Below, one piece after another: positions 33,806-46,481 of a stretch of DNA of 64,000 bases (within the stretch, counting starts at the first letter, position 1; each line of letters opens with the position of its first letter). The translations under genes and the position numbers were made by a program. Under the pieces are notes generated by a model. It was not told the DNA's origin. It worked only from the letters and a program-made list of their open reading frames with translations, and searched no databases. The DNA comes from Podarcis muralis (Eukaryota): positions 64,108,001 to 64,172,000 of the forward strand of contig NC_135655.1 in NCBI RefSeq assembly GCF_964188315.1. The letters are read 5' to 3'.

Positions 33806-36789
33806 TACCTATGAGACTCATACATACCCCACCCCATGAGAAGTTACAATAATAGTAGTCCTTTGATGCTAGAGAAACAGAAACTATGTGTATCAGTGGG
33901 AAAAGTTCTAGAGACCTGATGTCAGATCAGAGACTCTCATCTTTGCCATGGACTCTTGGTGTGGCCCCAGGCAATTCATGCTCTCCAACTCCTATTATCT
34001 ATCACTAATATGGGAGTGAAAGTCAGTTCAGACATCCAAAGGAGTGAAAAAATATAAAGCATGAATGGTATCTCATAGTGATCTGCTTCACAGTGTCACC
34101 TGATTTCCTTGTGTGCCCGTACACACATGCATATGAACCTGCATCTTACATGTGTTCATGGTAACAACTGATGTTAAAATAAAAGGCCTGATAATAAGCT
34201 TCTAAAGCACTTGCAGTAATAGTAATAGTAACAGTAGGACTGGTAGTAGTACATGCTGTTTCACAACCTGGCAACTTGAGACATGTCTTTCTTTGATTCT
34301 TGGAAATCATAAAAATGTAAAACAATTATAATGCCCACTTTCTGTGCTCATTTCAGCCTGGAGAAAACTGAAAAATATGGGAGGGAATCAAAAAGGGTAG
34401 AGCCCAACACACGGGAAAATCGTATGCATCTAATATAACCCACAAGAGCTCATGCTATACTAACAGTGCAATTCTGTACATGTCTACTCAGAAGTAAGCC
34501 TTACTGAAATCATGGGGACTTACTTACTCATACTATATATGACTGCAGCCTAAATTGTTAAGACATAGAGATGCTACTAGATTATCTGCAGTTTATCAGA
34601 AAGTAAGTTTTCTTAGGCGAGAATTGATCCAATCTATTCTATAGCTTACAAAGATATAGTTCATTATGAGAAAATAATTTTCCAGCACCAAAATTCCTAA
34701 TTTTCTCCTCATGTTAAATATTCAGCTAATTTGCACCAAGCTAGGATTACACCATTTATATTATATTATTGAAACCTTGGAAATAATAGTATGCATTTCT
34801 TTTTTGTGTTCCTTTTTAATATTCAGGAAGCTTTTAAAAGTCAGCAATAATTATTTTAATCTATGCTCTCTGTTTTTCCTTGGGATGGTTCCCAGAAAGA
34901 CCCATCTCCACAATACCATCTATTGTTTGTACAATATGGCCGCAATCCATAGCCCCAGCAATGAGATGGAAGACATCAAGTTTGCCCAGGGAACTTTGAT
35001 TTTCCATAGCAAATTGTGGACTAGCACTACTTGTACACACCAGTCTGTCTTTCTGGAATGCAGCCACTATAATTAAGTTGGCACTTATAAAATATATATA
35101 AATCCATGTATTTTTCATGAAATTATACGACTTAAAAAAACAAAACTTCAGCCTTAACACTTCACTACACGAGCAAGCTTGCAATTTGGATGGGTTATAT
35201 CCGTGCAACAAAGAAAACAATACAACAGGTTTGAAGCACCACAGAATATCACCATGGTCAGGATCCAAGAGCTAAGAAACAACTTTTCAGCCTCTAATAA
35301 TATGCACAATGACTTGGGAGTAAGCTCCACTGAACATGGTGGGTTTTTTATTTTTTTTAGCAGCAGCTGTCTGTATGGCACTAGTTTAGAGGACAGGTTC
35401 CTGCCCCAAAAAGCTTGCACACAAGAAACAACACAAGAAAGGGAAGGCAACAGGCAGTTGTTTCCATTAAAGGGGCTTAGAGTTACAGGCCCAGTTACAG
35501 TAAGGCATGAGAAGTAGTGGTTACATCAAAGGCTTAACAGAAAAGGTGGATGATGTAGAGACGCTTGAAGAGAAGTGGCATCACACAGGCATTTGGGGAA
35601 GAAATTCCAAAATGCCTATGATTGGGTGGCATGTTATGGAACATGCTGGGTGCAATGTGTTTTCAAAATGTTGGCTTCTGGACTGAAGGTACTAGATTTC
35701 TCAAGCTTATCCCCTCTTTGTTTGTAAAAGGATTAAGAAAATGAAGCCATCATCTTTGCACCTGTAGTCCCTGACCCATTCTATTGAAATACCTAAGAAC
35801 ATCTCAAGAAGCTTGAGCTCACAGCACAGACACTTCAGGGAGCTGTACCGCATGGCTGGTAGCTTTCCTTGTCAGATGACTCAACAGTTAATCTGATTTA
35901 GTGACTATAAAACTTTAATCAACAAAATCCAATACTATTACATTCCAGAACTGATGAGAAAAGAGGGTTTTGTGTATAAAGGACAGGTGCCGCTAAGAAG
36001 ATTATTTAAAATAGCAATGTAACTGACGACAGTGCAGGTGTTACCCCCTCCACTAAATCATCTGCTTCTCTCCTTCAGTATGAGAAACAATGATGAAAGT
36101 ATTCAAATTAGCATAGCTTTGTGAAAATAAGAATTATAGAATTTTATAAATTCAAATACAGATTTTAATATTTACACCATATGAAAAAAGAAACAAAATG
36201 TCTCATCATGCTAAAAAGTACCTTATAGCCTTAGGGTATGTTAAATTTTGTAACTTTCAAATTTCAAAAATTAGGGGTGCTAAAAAGTTGTAACATGACT
36301 TGGGAGTTCAAAATATATTTTGGTTAAATTAGTATAATTTCGCTTTGCTTGGTAAGTAAAATGTGCGTAAAATGGCATAGAAATTGTTAAAAAATGGTTA
36401 CCAAGTACTTGCAGTTATATTTAATATTAATATTATTATCATTATCATTTAGCATTATCTGACATTTTCAGAAGGTAAAACTAAAATTCCAAAAGAAGTT
36501 CATGTGCTTCTTCATTAAATGCAGACTTACCAAGCTAAATCTTGTCCAATCAAAAAATGATAGCAGATTTTAACTCACACCCAATAACATATTTTTAAGG
36601 CCCTCACTAAAGAAATTTACAAAAAAAAGTTTCACCCCCTAAAATGACCTTGCTTGCATCTAGTTGCAACCTGACTTTGGAATGTATTGGCCCATACCCA
36701 TTAGCAGATAGATGTTTATGGTTTTTTAAAATTATTTATAACTCAGATAGAATGTACACCACAGATCAGGAAAGGTCTCACCAAAGCCA

Positions 36790-37205
36790 AGAGGATGCCA
36801 GCATGGTTAATGAGCAGAGTCACGGGAGATATTAGAGGCAATAAGGCTCATGTCAGGAAACAGAAGTCTTTTCCAAATGAGAATAAAAAGGAACCTGAAC
36901 TGTGGCAAAAGAAATGAAAGCAGATACTGAAGGATGCAAAAATTTGCAGAGTGTGTTATTGAAACATTAAGGGCATACTAAAAGAGAAAAAGGAGACTGA
37001 AACTGAAGCGATTCTTTGCATTCACTTCAGTGTGGAAGATGTTGGGCAGACCCGTGCCTGAAGTAACGTTCTCAGGAAGGGAAACTGAGGAAAATAGTGA
37101 TGGCAAGAGAGAAAAGTTCTTATTGGCCTAGATAGAATAAAAAACAAACCAATCTTTGGGTCCAGATGACATTAACATAAGTATTCTTAAAGAATCTGGT
37201 GATGG
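36790..37205 (+). mobile_element. old, degraded CR1 ORF2 internal fragment
   Basis: Remnants of FFAxxF(T)xEDVG, EKVLIGLDRIK and GPDDIxxxILKE resemble the CR1 linker before the RT domain. Boundaries are approximate. Confidence 0.55.
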
Positions 37206-38288
37206 GAGAAAAGACCCAATAATCTTCTGAAGTAGTCACATCTGTGGATGAAACATTTTTCAACATTTTGCCAGCACTCTATACTTGTCCGTCCCTGTGC
37301 ACTTTCACTAGTGCACTGATGTCAACAGAAGATATATATAGCTGAAGGCAAGTCCAGGTTCAAGAGTTCAGAGGCAATGCATATGTTAAAATGCAAATGG
37401 AGGATGCTTCAAATTGCTCTGCAAGGCAGATTGTAACGGTCTACTGACCCACCCCGTGAACCAGGATCCCATCCTTTGCCACCCTTCCCTCTCCATGGCC
37501 TGCAGCGGGGTAAATATGAAGTGGGAACCTAATATGCGCAACAGGAAGGTATACACAAAATTTCACTGCCATATAAAGCGATTTAAATTGGTATCCATGT
37601 ACAAGTTCCAATGGGTCTCCACAGCCAAGGTCAAGCAAGTGATTAAGAGTGCTACTCTGCATTAATCCTGGAGAGCTAACGTGGCTTTTCCTCCGTGTAG
37701 CCAGAACCTTCTGAGTCATGTACAATGAAATCCTCAGAAACCTCTTGCACCGAATTAGTCTTAACTGTGCCAGGCACCAACCACCCACCTTCCCAATTGG
37801 CCTCACCAGCATTAGCTGGTAAGCTAACACACACGGAAAACAATTCGAATAAACGACTTCACTGCTGCACGATCCAATGCATGCTTACTCTCCAGTCAAA
37901 GCCAAGGTGCCTTGGAGGAGGGGAGGGCGTTACTTTCGGGTAAGTATGCACAGAACACCAACACTTTAGAAAGTTAAGTTTTCATAACGAGCCAGGTGGG
38001 TGGAATGAGGTGAGGGGGCTCCGGCCCGCTCGTCACAGGTAGTAGCAAATATTTTTCCCCACTCCCCCAGGGTCACACCGCTTCCTGCACCTAAACAGGA
38101 AGAGGGAAGTACAGTATACTGCATCTCGTTTCCAAATTTATTTATTTATTTATTTTTAAAAATAGCTTCCTCAGAAGCGTCCCGTTGCCTGGAAAGGCCC
38201 GACTGGCACTCCCCTCCCTCACGGAGCGCTACGAACGTCACCTCTTGCGGACAGGCTCGCGAACTGCCTCTTCCTGCCCTTGACTCAC

Positions 38289-38370
38289 CTGCCTGGGCCA
38301 GAAGCCGCGGGGACCGAGAGCCCTCCTCGCCTACCCCCAGCCGACGCCACTGCGCCTGCCAACAACCGGC
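38289..38370 (-). other. IMMP1L: probable IMMP1L non-coding exon 1 (upper boundary/TSS approximate)
   Basis: A strong donor GGCAG|GTGAGT on the minus strand at 38289/38288 lies inside the CpG island. The first coding exon has a 5' acceptor and so needs an upstream exon. Confidence 0.65.
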
Positions 38371-38470
38371 CTCCCCATTGGCTCGCCGCGCGTCCGTCCC
38401 CCCTCCGCCCGCCCCGCCGCTCCTCCTCCGCGCCGGTCGCCTCTTCCCTGTCAACGGCGCAGAAGCTAAG

Positions 38471-38669
38471 ATGGCGGCCTTGGCGACCGGCGGGCCGGCC
38501 CAACAGCAGCCGAGTGCCAGGGCTACGACGAGTTTCCAAAGGAAAGGGCCGGATGGAGGAGGAGGAGGAGGAGGCGGCCGCTTGGCCGTTCTGCCGGGCA
38601 CCCGGCCCTCGGTCCGGCACGGGCAGCTGCTGCTTTCCAGCGGGGTCCCCTCTCTGGACTATGTGCTAG
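38471..38669 (+). CDS. ELP4: ELP4 exon 1 coding part (199 nt, phase 1)
   Basis: aagATGG context gives MAALATGG...TTSFQRKG...[27 protein letters not shown]|GTTGGT. This matches the recalled ELP4 motif [25 protein letters not shown]. Confidence 0.93.
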
Positions 38670-40284
38670 GTTGGTGCCGGCAGCGCTGCGCAGTCTCCTG
38701 ACACGTCCCGCCACCTCGCCGTGCGGGTTTCGCGGTAGTCGAGCGGGCTGAGGTGGCCTCGGAGGCAGGCGAGGCGAGGCACTGGGGGGCTGCCTGGCTC
38801 CCCTCAGTAGCAGCCCCTCCGAGTCCCAGAGCCTCTTCCCTCCTGACTGAACCGCTGCCGGGCTCAGTGTGCGCGGAGGAAAGCAGGGAGGCTGCGAGAG
38901 AAGGGGAAGCGAGGGCGGGGAGCGGGACGGATCCGGCCGCCTCGTGCTGGGACAGGGCTGTGGGTTCGACCCCGCGCTCCCACCGAGCCCCGTGGTACTT
39001 ACTCTCCGCTGTCCCAGGGGGCTAAGTATTCCGCCCAAGGAAACTTGAGGATGCTCGAGGAGAGCATGGGTTCTTGAAATGCGCGCGGAGCCTTGAGGAT
39101 GAGAAGTGGAGTCAGTCCCGGCAGAGCAGGCATGGCTTTTTTAAAGAGACGTGCCGTCATCTAGATAGCCACTGGCTGGCTGTCCTCCTTTCGCGTGTTT
39201 CCCCTTGCTCGCTCGCTGATGCCATGCCGTCAGGATGGCGTTGCCTTCTCGCATCAAAGCGTCCATGAATACAAAGCAGCCTCACGCAGCAGTTTCTGTG
39301 TAGAGGCTCTGTGTAGGTCTGCTCAATATCGAATTTAAAAGAGACTCGAAAATCTAACGCTCCAGGGCACATAGTAGCAAGATACGAATGGATTGAGTGG
39401 AACCTAGCAGTATTCAACATATCCATGTAATAGCTGCAGCGTGCACCAGTTTCACCCTGCAGACCACCCTCAGCCCATTTGACTTGTACTGCTGTAAAAC
39501 TTCTCAGATACTGAGTTAAATGTGCGTTGTGCTAGAGACTGGGCATGTGTATGTTAAAAAAACTGTGTGGGAGCAATTAGTTCTTTTATTCGTTCTTTTT
39601 TAAACTTGTGCATCCTTCTACATACCCAAAGTGCCCAAGTGGCTAGTTTCTGCAAAATAAACATAATGGAGTTGTTTTAAAGCTACTATAAAGTTGGTGT
39701 GGACCTGATGTGTCTGCTTGGGAAACTTCTGACACCTCACGGTAGTCACGTTGAAACTTCTAAAGGAGTTGTGCACTGTGTGTGCAAGTTATAAATAAAA
39801 CACAATGGTTCAGGTGTAAAATGATGCTTAAGGCCACTTGGTTTATATGTGCAGTACACCATTTGGATCCTATAAATTTAGTCCTCACTTTTCAATAATC
39901 ATACTTGAAGCCAGTGGGACATGCACATTGTGGTCAAGCCCTTGGTTTACAATTAATTTCTTCTTCCTGACACTTAGGACTCTCATTTTGAATCTAGCTA
40001 GAACTTCATGTATCTCTTTATGTTCAGATATGAGTTGCATCATGCATGAGGTCTTTTATCTAAAGGTGGTCATTTCATGGGCTCACAGATTTGGCAATGT
40101 AGTGGTTTGGTGGGATGTCACTACCATAGGGAATTCCCTGCCATCTTTTTAAGGGAAAAGGCCTATGAGGAAGTGAGTGATAATTTAGTAGGAGCAGGAG
40201 TTGCTGCAATATACATTAGATGCAAGAATTGTTGTTAAAAATGTGCCCTGAAGGAGGAATTTCCCAAATGCAATTCACTTATAA

Positions 40285-40642
40285 AGGTAAAGGTACCCCT
40301 GCCCGTACGGGCCAGTCTTGACAGACTCTGGGGTTGTGCGCCCATCTCACTCAAGAGGCCGGGGGCCAGCGCTGTCCGGAGACACTTCCGGGTCACGTGG
40401 CCAGCGTGACAAAGCTGCATCTGGCGAGCCAGCGCAGCACACGGAACACCCATTTACCTTCCCGCTGGTTAGCGGACCCTATTTATCTACTTGCACCCAG
40501 GGCTGCTTTCGAACTGCTAGGTTGGCAGGCGCTGGGACTGAGCAGCGGGAGCGCACCCCGCCGCGGGGATTCGAACTGCCGACCTTTCGATCGGCAAGCC
40601 CTAGGTGCTGAGGCTTTTACCCACAGTGCCACCTGAGTCCCT
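40285..40642 (-). mobile_element. full-length Sauria SINE in ELP4 intron 1
   Basis: tRNA-like head with A box (GGTGGCACTGTGG) and B box (GTTCGAATCC) on the minus strand, an (ACCTTT)n tail, and a 13-bp TSD AATTCACTTATAA (40272-40284, 40643-40655). Confidence 0.93.
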
Positions 40643-41588
40643 AATTCACTTATAATAAACAACAATTTGAGCAGCTAGAATTCTACCCCTCCTGTTTTTT
40701 CTGCTCGGCAGTGGTACTATTCCAGTTTTGTGGTTTTTCTGTGTTCCCATTTCTGACAGAACAGATGTGTGAAAGGGTCATGTGGAAAACAATATATGAC
40801 TCTCATTCTAAGATTCCCATGCACACGAACCTGTAAGTGAATACACATATTTGGTTATATATTAGCTTGGCTGGGCATGAGTTCAGTAAGGTTTGTTGTG
40901 AGTATATAGATGTGTATGCAATTCTCACATCAAACACCTTCAAAAGTGTAATGCACTAATCAGGCCTTGGGTGTTCTGCTTGATACAACCATTGTACTAG
41001 ATTTGATAAGACATGCTCTTCAGACAGAAAAGAACGGAAATGAAAATCTATCACTGATTCCATCTCATTTTATCATCATTAGGAAGGGAACAGTTGCTAG
41101 TAGATCATTTTAATGCTTGCTCAATAGGAAAACTGTTAGCTGAACATTTTTGCCAAATGCCATGGGCTGCACCCATCTCAAATTTTGTATTATTATAATC
41201 CTTGCTTCTACTTATTTTTTTTGTGTTATTTTGCCTTCTCCAAAATATATATAATCTTTAGGTGGGATGAGATCGTTTTGGGAGCCCCCACCCTGAATGA
41301 TGCTGCCATTCTGAAATACAAGATCTAGTTCTTCACATTATGAGGACATTTAAATTTCACACATGACCATGAACACATCATTCAGAAGTGATTTCAGTCA
41401 TAACTGAAATCCCATTTATTTCAATAGGAATGAAATTCAGCTAACTTGGTCTGGATCCAAGCTAGGGCCATTAGCTTAAAAAAACTATGTATGTTCATTT
41501 ATTTATTTTGCATTTTATATGCTTTCCCACAAAGAGCTTAGGGGTGTCCACAAAGGTCTCCAACCTTGTGGGGTGGGGTAGGTTAGTA

Positions 41589-41823
41589 CAGTCATACCTC
41601 GTGTTGCGTTTGCTTCAGGTTGAGCGTTTTCAGGTTGTGTCCCGCAGTGACCCGGAAGTACCGGAAAGGGTTACTTCCGGGTTTTGCCACTCACGCAGAT
41701 GCTCAAAATGACATCATGCGCAGAAGCGGTGAATTGCAACACGCACAGACGCAGGTTGCGTTCTGCTATGTTGCAAACGGGGCTCTGGAACGGATCCCAT
41801 TCACAACCAGAGGTGCGTGACTG
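41589..41823. mobile_element. Tigger-type MITE (CAGTCATACCTC TIR)
   Basis: TA|cagtcatacctc left end, degenerate gaggtgcgtgactg right end, internal ccggaagta...tacttccgg palindrome. Confidence 0.7.
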
Positions 41824-42134
41824 GCACAGTGTTACCAAGTGAGTTTCACTGTTGTGTAAAGATTTAAACTGGGATCTCCCTAATCTGACATCTACCAAGT
41901 AGACGGTGTCCTTTGCCATCAATGATCCTTTTCCTGTTTGGCGATCCCAGATGTTATCATCATCATTAACTAGTCTGTTTCAGATAGAGTATTTTGTCTC
42001 GCTCCTCAGTGTGTTCATTCCTATACAGTTCCTATACAGTTCTTTCATCCACTTACTACTTATGGATGCCCATTTCTGTTATTAGACTAAGAGTTCTAAA
42101 TATCTTAGAAAAAATGTAACATGATATATATTTG

Positions 42135-42377
42135 TGGAATGCCCATGAAAATTCGCCTGGGGCCTTCATTATACACCTTCAGGTGTCCGGCAAAAATGTT
42201 CCTTTTTAATCAGGTCTTTGGTTGATCTGATTGACATCCTATGCCCTTTTAAAATGTGGCTCTTTGTGGGGGGTTTTATTATTATATAGTGGCTTTTATG
42301 ATGATCTTTTCTGTGAACTGTCATGAGACTTCTGGCTTTAGGGGGGTATATAAATTCAATAAATAATAATAATAATT
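42135..42377 (+). mobile_element. L2 3' end with (AAT)n tail
   Basis: Colinear with 7290-7497 (cctggggccttcattatacacctt...tgtgaactg...tataaattcaataaataataat). Confidence 0.7.
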
Positions 42378-43109
42378 TACATTATTTCATCTAATGATGT
42401 CAGTGTTTCCTTACTTTACAAACAGTATATATAAACAGATGGGGAACCTATGACCCTCAGATGTTGAATGACTACAACTTCCATTGTTCTGGACTGTTGG
42501 CCATGCTGGCTGATGGGAGTTGATGTCCTGCAACTTTTAGAGCACCAGGGGCCCCTTATGCAAGGTGGAGGCTATCACCCTTGCACTATTGTAAGATAAC
42601 TAAACAAAAATAAAGTCTAATGAATTCAGTGGGAATGATTCCAGATAAATGTAGAGGACGGTAGCCTTAATCAGTATCCTATACGCAGCTGAGTCCGTTC
42701 CTGCAACTACCGGTAGATAGTTTTGACTCATGATAAATGCAACTTACTGAATTAACTGTACCAGGTTCTTCAAACACTTGCCCTAATGAGGAAGGATTAC
42801 TTTATGTGTAGAATAGTCTTAATAAAACAAAGGAATGTTGGCTTGTGACAACACTATTAAAGTACTTGCGTTTAGTTATGTAGAGCTATGCAGGATCTTT
42901 TCACCATATTGTGAAAGTAATTGTAGTGTGTGATATATAATTATATGCAATATATAATTATTTAATAGTGAATTGTAAGAAGTATTATAAAGGTAATTAA
43001 AATGTTTTTCATGTTACATTTTTAACTTCCTGTATCACCTTTCCTTGATACTACTAATTGTTGGAAACATTATTATGCATTCTAATTTCTTAAATTAATT
43101 TGTTCCTAG

Positions 43110-43145
43110 GTGGAGGTTTGGCAGTTGGAACCCTTCTTCTTATTG
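43110..43145 (+). CDS. ELP4: ELP4 exon 2 (36 nt, phase 1-1)
   Basis: ttcctAG|GT GGA GGT TTG GCA GTT GGA ACC CTT CTT CTT ATT G|GTTAGT = (G)GGLAVGTLLLI(E). Confidence 0.93.
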
Positions 43146-44440
43146 GTTAGTATGAAATTTTCTAGTACATTTTACTTACTAGCAATTATATGGTCACGGC
43201 ATTATCTTTTTATTTTTTCAAGTGTTTTAGGGAAAATGTAAGAATGGTTTTTCTAAGGAGTTCCTTCTAAAAGATAATGCAGGACTTGTTGTAAAGAAAA
43301 CATTAATTTATTTCACCGTGGCCGTGTTCTCATGTCATGTTAAACATTGATTTACTACAATGTGCGCAAGCTGGAACCCTCATACTTCCCTCTTCCCACA
43401 TGGCCAGAAGAATACTTCAGAAGGTTTTTCTGTCATTCCCCCTTAAACATGATTTGTCATTGTTCCTGAACTGAGAATAACTAATTATGGTCAGTTAATT
43501 TCAAAATGAAACAGTTTCAAAACACGGTTTCTGGAACTGGCAGGTTTAAACTAATCATAGGGTCATATTCAACTAAATAGTTGTGCTAGCAGAAGCCATG
43601 GTAAGGATACGTGCTAGCACAGTGGAAGAGGGAGGGAAGGTTCCACCATGCAAAGAAAATTCTTGTAGTGATAGAGCTACATTGAATACAATCCATAGTT
43701 ATTGTGAAGCATAGTTCCCATTTCCAGCACAATGATCCCATCATAGGTTTTTTCATGTAAAGAACTGGTGGTAGATTTTAAACCCTTAAAAATATAGAAT
43801 TTGGGGAGAAAAGGACAAACAAACAGAGAGAGAGAGAGCTCATTGGAAGGAATAAATGATCTTCCAAGTAAGGATGAGCACACACTTCCTATTAAAGTAA
43901 AAGTAACCATTTCCCACATAAACCATGGCTGTCACAGGACTGTGTTAAAGCAGGGGTTACCAGCATGGCACCTGTGAGCACAGTGGCACCCCTGAGGTCT
44001 TCCCCTAGGGCCTGTGGACTCTATGCGCCTGCTCCAGCCCCCTTGATCATGGAATGGTGAGGATGGTTGACTTCTTCTCTCTTGAGAGCTGAAGGAGGAA
44101 GTTCAAGGAATGACCCTTTCCTTTCAGATTAATAGAACTGGATCTGATTTTTACCCAGATTGCACCAGATTGAATCTGGTGCAGGGGGGGAGAGGGATGA
44201 CCAGAGGGGTGATGACCATGGCATTCATGCAAAAATCCAAACATGCCTATGGGCATAAGTAGGTTGGCAACCACTGTGTTAAGCAGTTGTTCACATAGTG
44301 TTCTTATATTGATCAACTCATCCTATATGATCAGAAAGGAAAGCTGAAAAAATGCAGGAAAGGTAAAAACAATAAAGCTTCTCAAAAGTTACTTTAATAT
44401 CTCTAATATGATAATAAAAATAAGGGGCAATATTCAGAAC

Positions 44441-44615
44441 CAGTGCTTTTTTTCTTAAAAAATGTTTAGAGGTACTCTAACATTTGACTCAAGAAAATCA
44501 CCTTTTTATAGTTCAAATTGGGAAAAATAAATACAGTAAATGGACAAAAGTACAAAGATTCACAAAATGTTTAGGGGGGTGTCCCCCTGCACCCTCCCCC
44601 CTGAAAAAAGCACTG
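44441..44615. mobile_element. hAT MITE (CAGTGCTTTTTT TIR)
   Basis: TIRs cagtgctttttt / aaaaaagcactg and a degenerate 8-bp TSD TTCAGAAC / CTCAAAAC. Confidence 0.72.
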
Positions 44616-45253
44616 CTCAAAACAGTTTTAAATAATTGCTTTAGCAATTTCAATCTTTGATTTCAGTAGGTCATCTCTGAGAATAAATACTGGTCAATGT
44701 AGGGATTAGATAAAATTGTGAGATGTACAGTTGTGGCCATGTTAGACTTAATGCAGGAGATGGTTACTGCATAGTGATTGGATCATGAAAAAGTGCATAT
44801 GTGTTCGTAGATAACCAGAATTCTTCACTGAAATTGCTAATCAACTTGGATCATTTAAGCTTGTGTGGGGATAGTAATTGAAAACATGGAAGTGACGGTA
44901 CTTCAGTTCATAAGACTTTAATTTTTGAATTATATGGACTATTTTTCATACTTATTATGTGTAGAATTTGTATCTTGGATGTTGGTTTTAAAGCAAGTAT
45001 AGTTGGTATTCTAGTTGAATGGCCTGTCATTATACAGACAACAGTAACATATTGTCATGAGATCAGTCTAGACAAGCTTTCTGTATCATGAGATTGAAGC
45101 TGTCGGAGTTAAGCCTCCAAGGAAGATATTTCAGTATTATACTCTGTGTTGTTAAAAGGTTAGGTTCTTTTTTAACAGTCTCAAGAATAGATTGCATCAC
45201 TTCAGTATTAAATCCCTTATCAAATCAAATGCTCATCTTCATTATTTGATGTA

Positions 45254-46481
45254 CCGTAATTTTCGCTCCAAAACACGCACTTTTTTGCTCCTAGAAAGTA
45301 AGGGAAAATGCCTGTGCGTGTTAAGGAGCGAATGCACTCGACTGGATCCATGGCTGCCGTCAGTCAAGCAAAGCAAGCTTTGCTTGCTTTACAGCCAGGA
45401 GGAGGGGGAGGAGCCGAGGAGGGAGGGAGGGAAGGAGAGCCATGGCAGCAAAGCGGGCAGCAGCCGCTTACACGCGAGGAGGAACAGACGGGAGCCATAG
45501 GGAGCCGGAAAAGCGCCGCGTAGCCAGCAACAGCTGCTGCAGCCTCAGCTAGCAACGCTCTCTAAACGGAGCAATGAGGCTGCAGAGGGACGGCAGGGCA
45601 CAGGAGGGCTCTGAGCCACGAGCGCAGTAAAACCAGTAAAAAAGTTTTTAAAAAGGCTGCTGGGGACAGGAGGGCACGGGATGAGGGAGAGAGGGAAATT
45701 ACGATTCTCCCAGCGTCTCAGCTGATCCGCTGAGCAGGACTTGGGTTGCAGGGGATTCGCCATTAGCTGCGTAAAGCAGCAAAGAGGGAGAGAAGGAGCA
45801 AAGTGGGAGAGGAAAGGAGCTGCTTACACTGCTGTAAGTGGCTGCTGTCTGGTTGGCTCCTTTAAAGCAACAGTGCTCTTTCCCTCCCCCCTCCCCTCTC
45901 AGCTCGCCGAAAAGCTCCTTTTCCACACACCCCACTCGAGCTCCTTCTCCCCTTAAATCCCTCTCCTGCATCATTAGCCACATCCTTCTCTACACACCCC
46001 ACGCGTGTTCCTTCTCCCCTTTAACCGCTTGCCTGCATCATTAGCCACATCCTTCTCTACACACCCCACGCATGCTCCTTGTCCCTTGAATGCTTTTCCT
46101 TCCCTCCCTACTTAAAACGTGGTTACAAAGCACGGATCCACATGGATCCTCAGGATTTTTGCACTGGGTCACCCCAGGTTCACCATCAGATCACATAAAA
46201 TGTCCATGGCTACAGCCTGCACCAAAAAAATCACGCACCCACTGTTTCATGGGGCTGCAATGGCGCAAAAACGTGGTTACAAAGCATGGATCCACATGGA
46301 TCCACAGGATTTTTGCATTGGGCTACCCCAAACTCACCGTCAGATCACGTTTGTGGCCACAGCATGAACCACAAAAATCATACATCCACTGTTTTGTTTA
46401 GAATATTTTTTTCTTGCTTTCCTCCTCTAAAAACTACGTGCGTGTTATGGTCAGGTGCGTGTTATAGAGCGAAAAATACGG
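45254..46481 (+). mobile_element. 1228-bp non-autonomous pogo element of the same family, in ELP4 intron 2
   Basis: TA|ccgtaattttcgctcc ... gtgttatagagcgaaaaatacgg|TA. The right ~90 bp matches the autonomous 3' end, and the left ~85 bp is the reverse complement of the other MITEs' right ends. No transposase inside. Confidence 0.9.

Larger units (their letters stand above)
38010..39250. promoter_or_regulatory. CpG island / bidirectional promoter shared by IMMP1L (-) and ELP4 (+)
   Basis: The only long GC/CpG-rich non-repeat tract in the window. It has a CCAAT box (minus, 38377-38381), GC boxes (38401-38420) and a YY1-type AAGATGGCGGC motif (38468-38478) over the ELP4 ATG. Confidence 0.88.

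Noticed and set aside
33209-33837. ORFs of 87-180 aa overlapping the 494-bp MITE
   Set aside because: They come from GC-rich hairpin repeats and have no recognisable domain.
38378-38470. 31-codon in-frame TTG-initiated extension of ELP4
   Set aside because: It starts on the CCAAT box, probably upstream of the TSS. The ATG at 38471 has a strong context and matches the orthologous N-terminus.
38146-39038. Several 90-171 aa ORFs on both strands around the CpG island
   Set aside because: GC-rich DNA lacks stop codons. Only 38471-38669 has orthologous sequence and a splice donor.
40560-40642. tRNA-like A/B boxes (also 58512-58590)
   Set aside because: They are SINE heads, with no cloverleaf or anticodon arm and attached to a SINE body and TSD.
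33421-46350. Repeat-spacer-like periodicities inside the pogo MITEs (108, 67 and 154 bp)
   Set aside because: Not CRISPR: the context is eukaryotic, there are only 2-3 degenerate units, no unique spacers and no cas genes.
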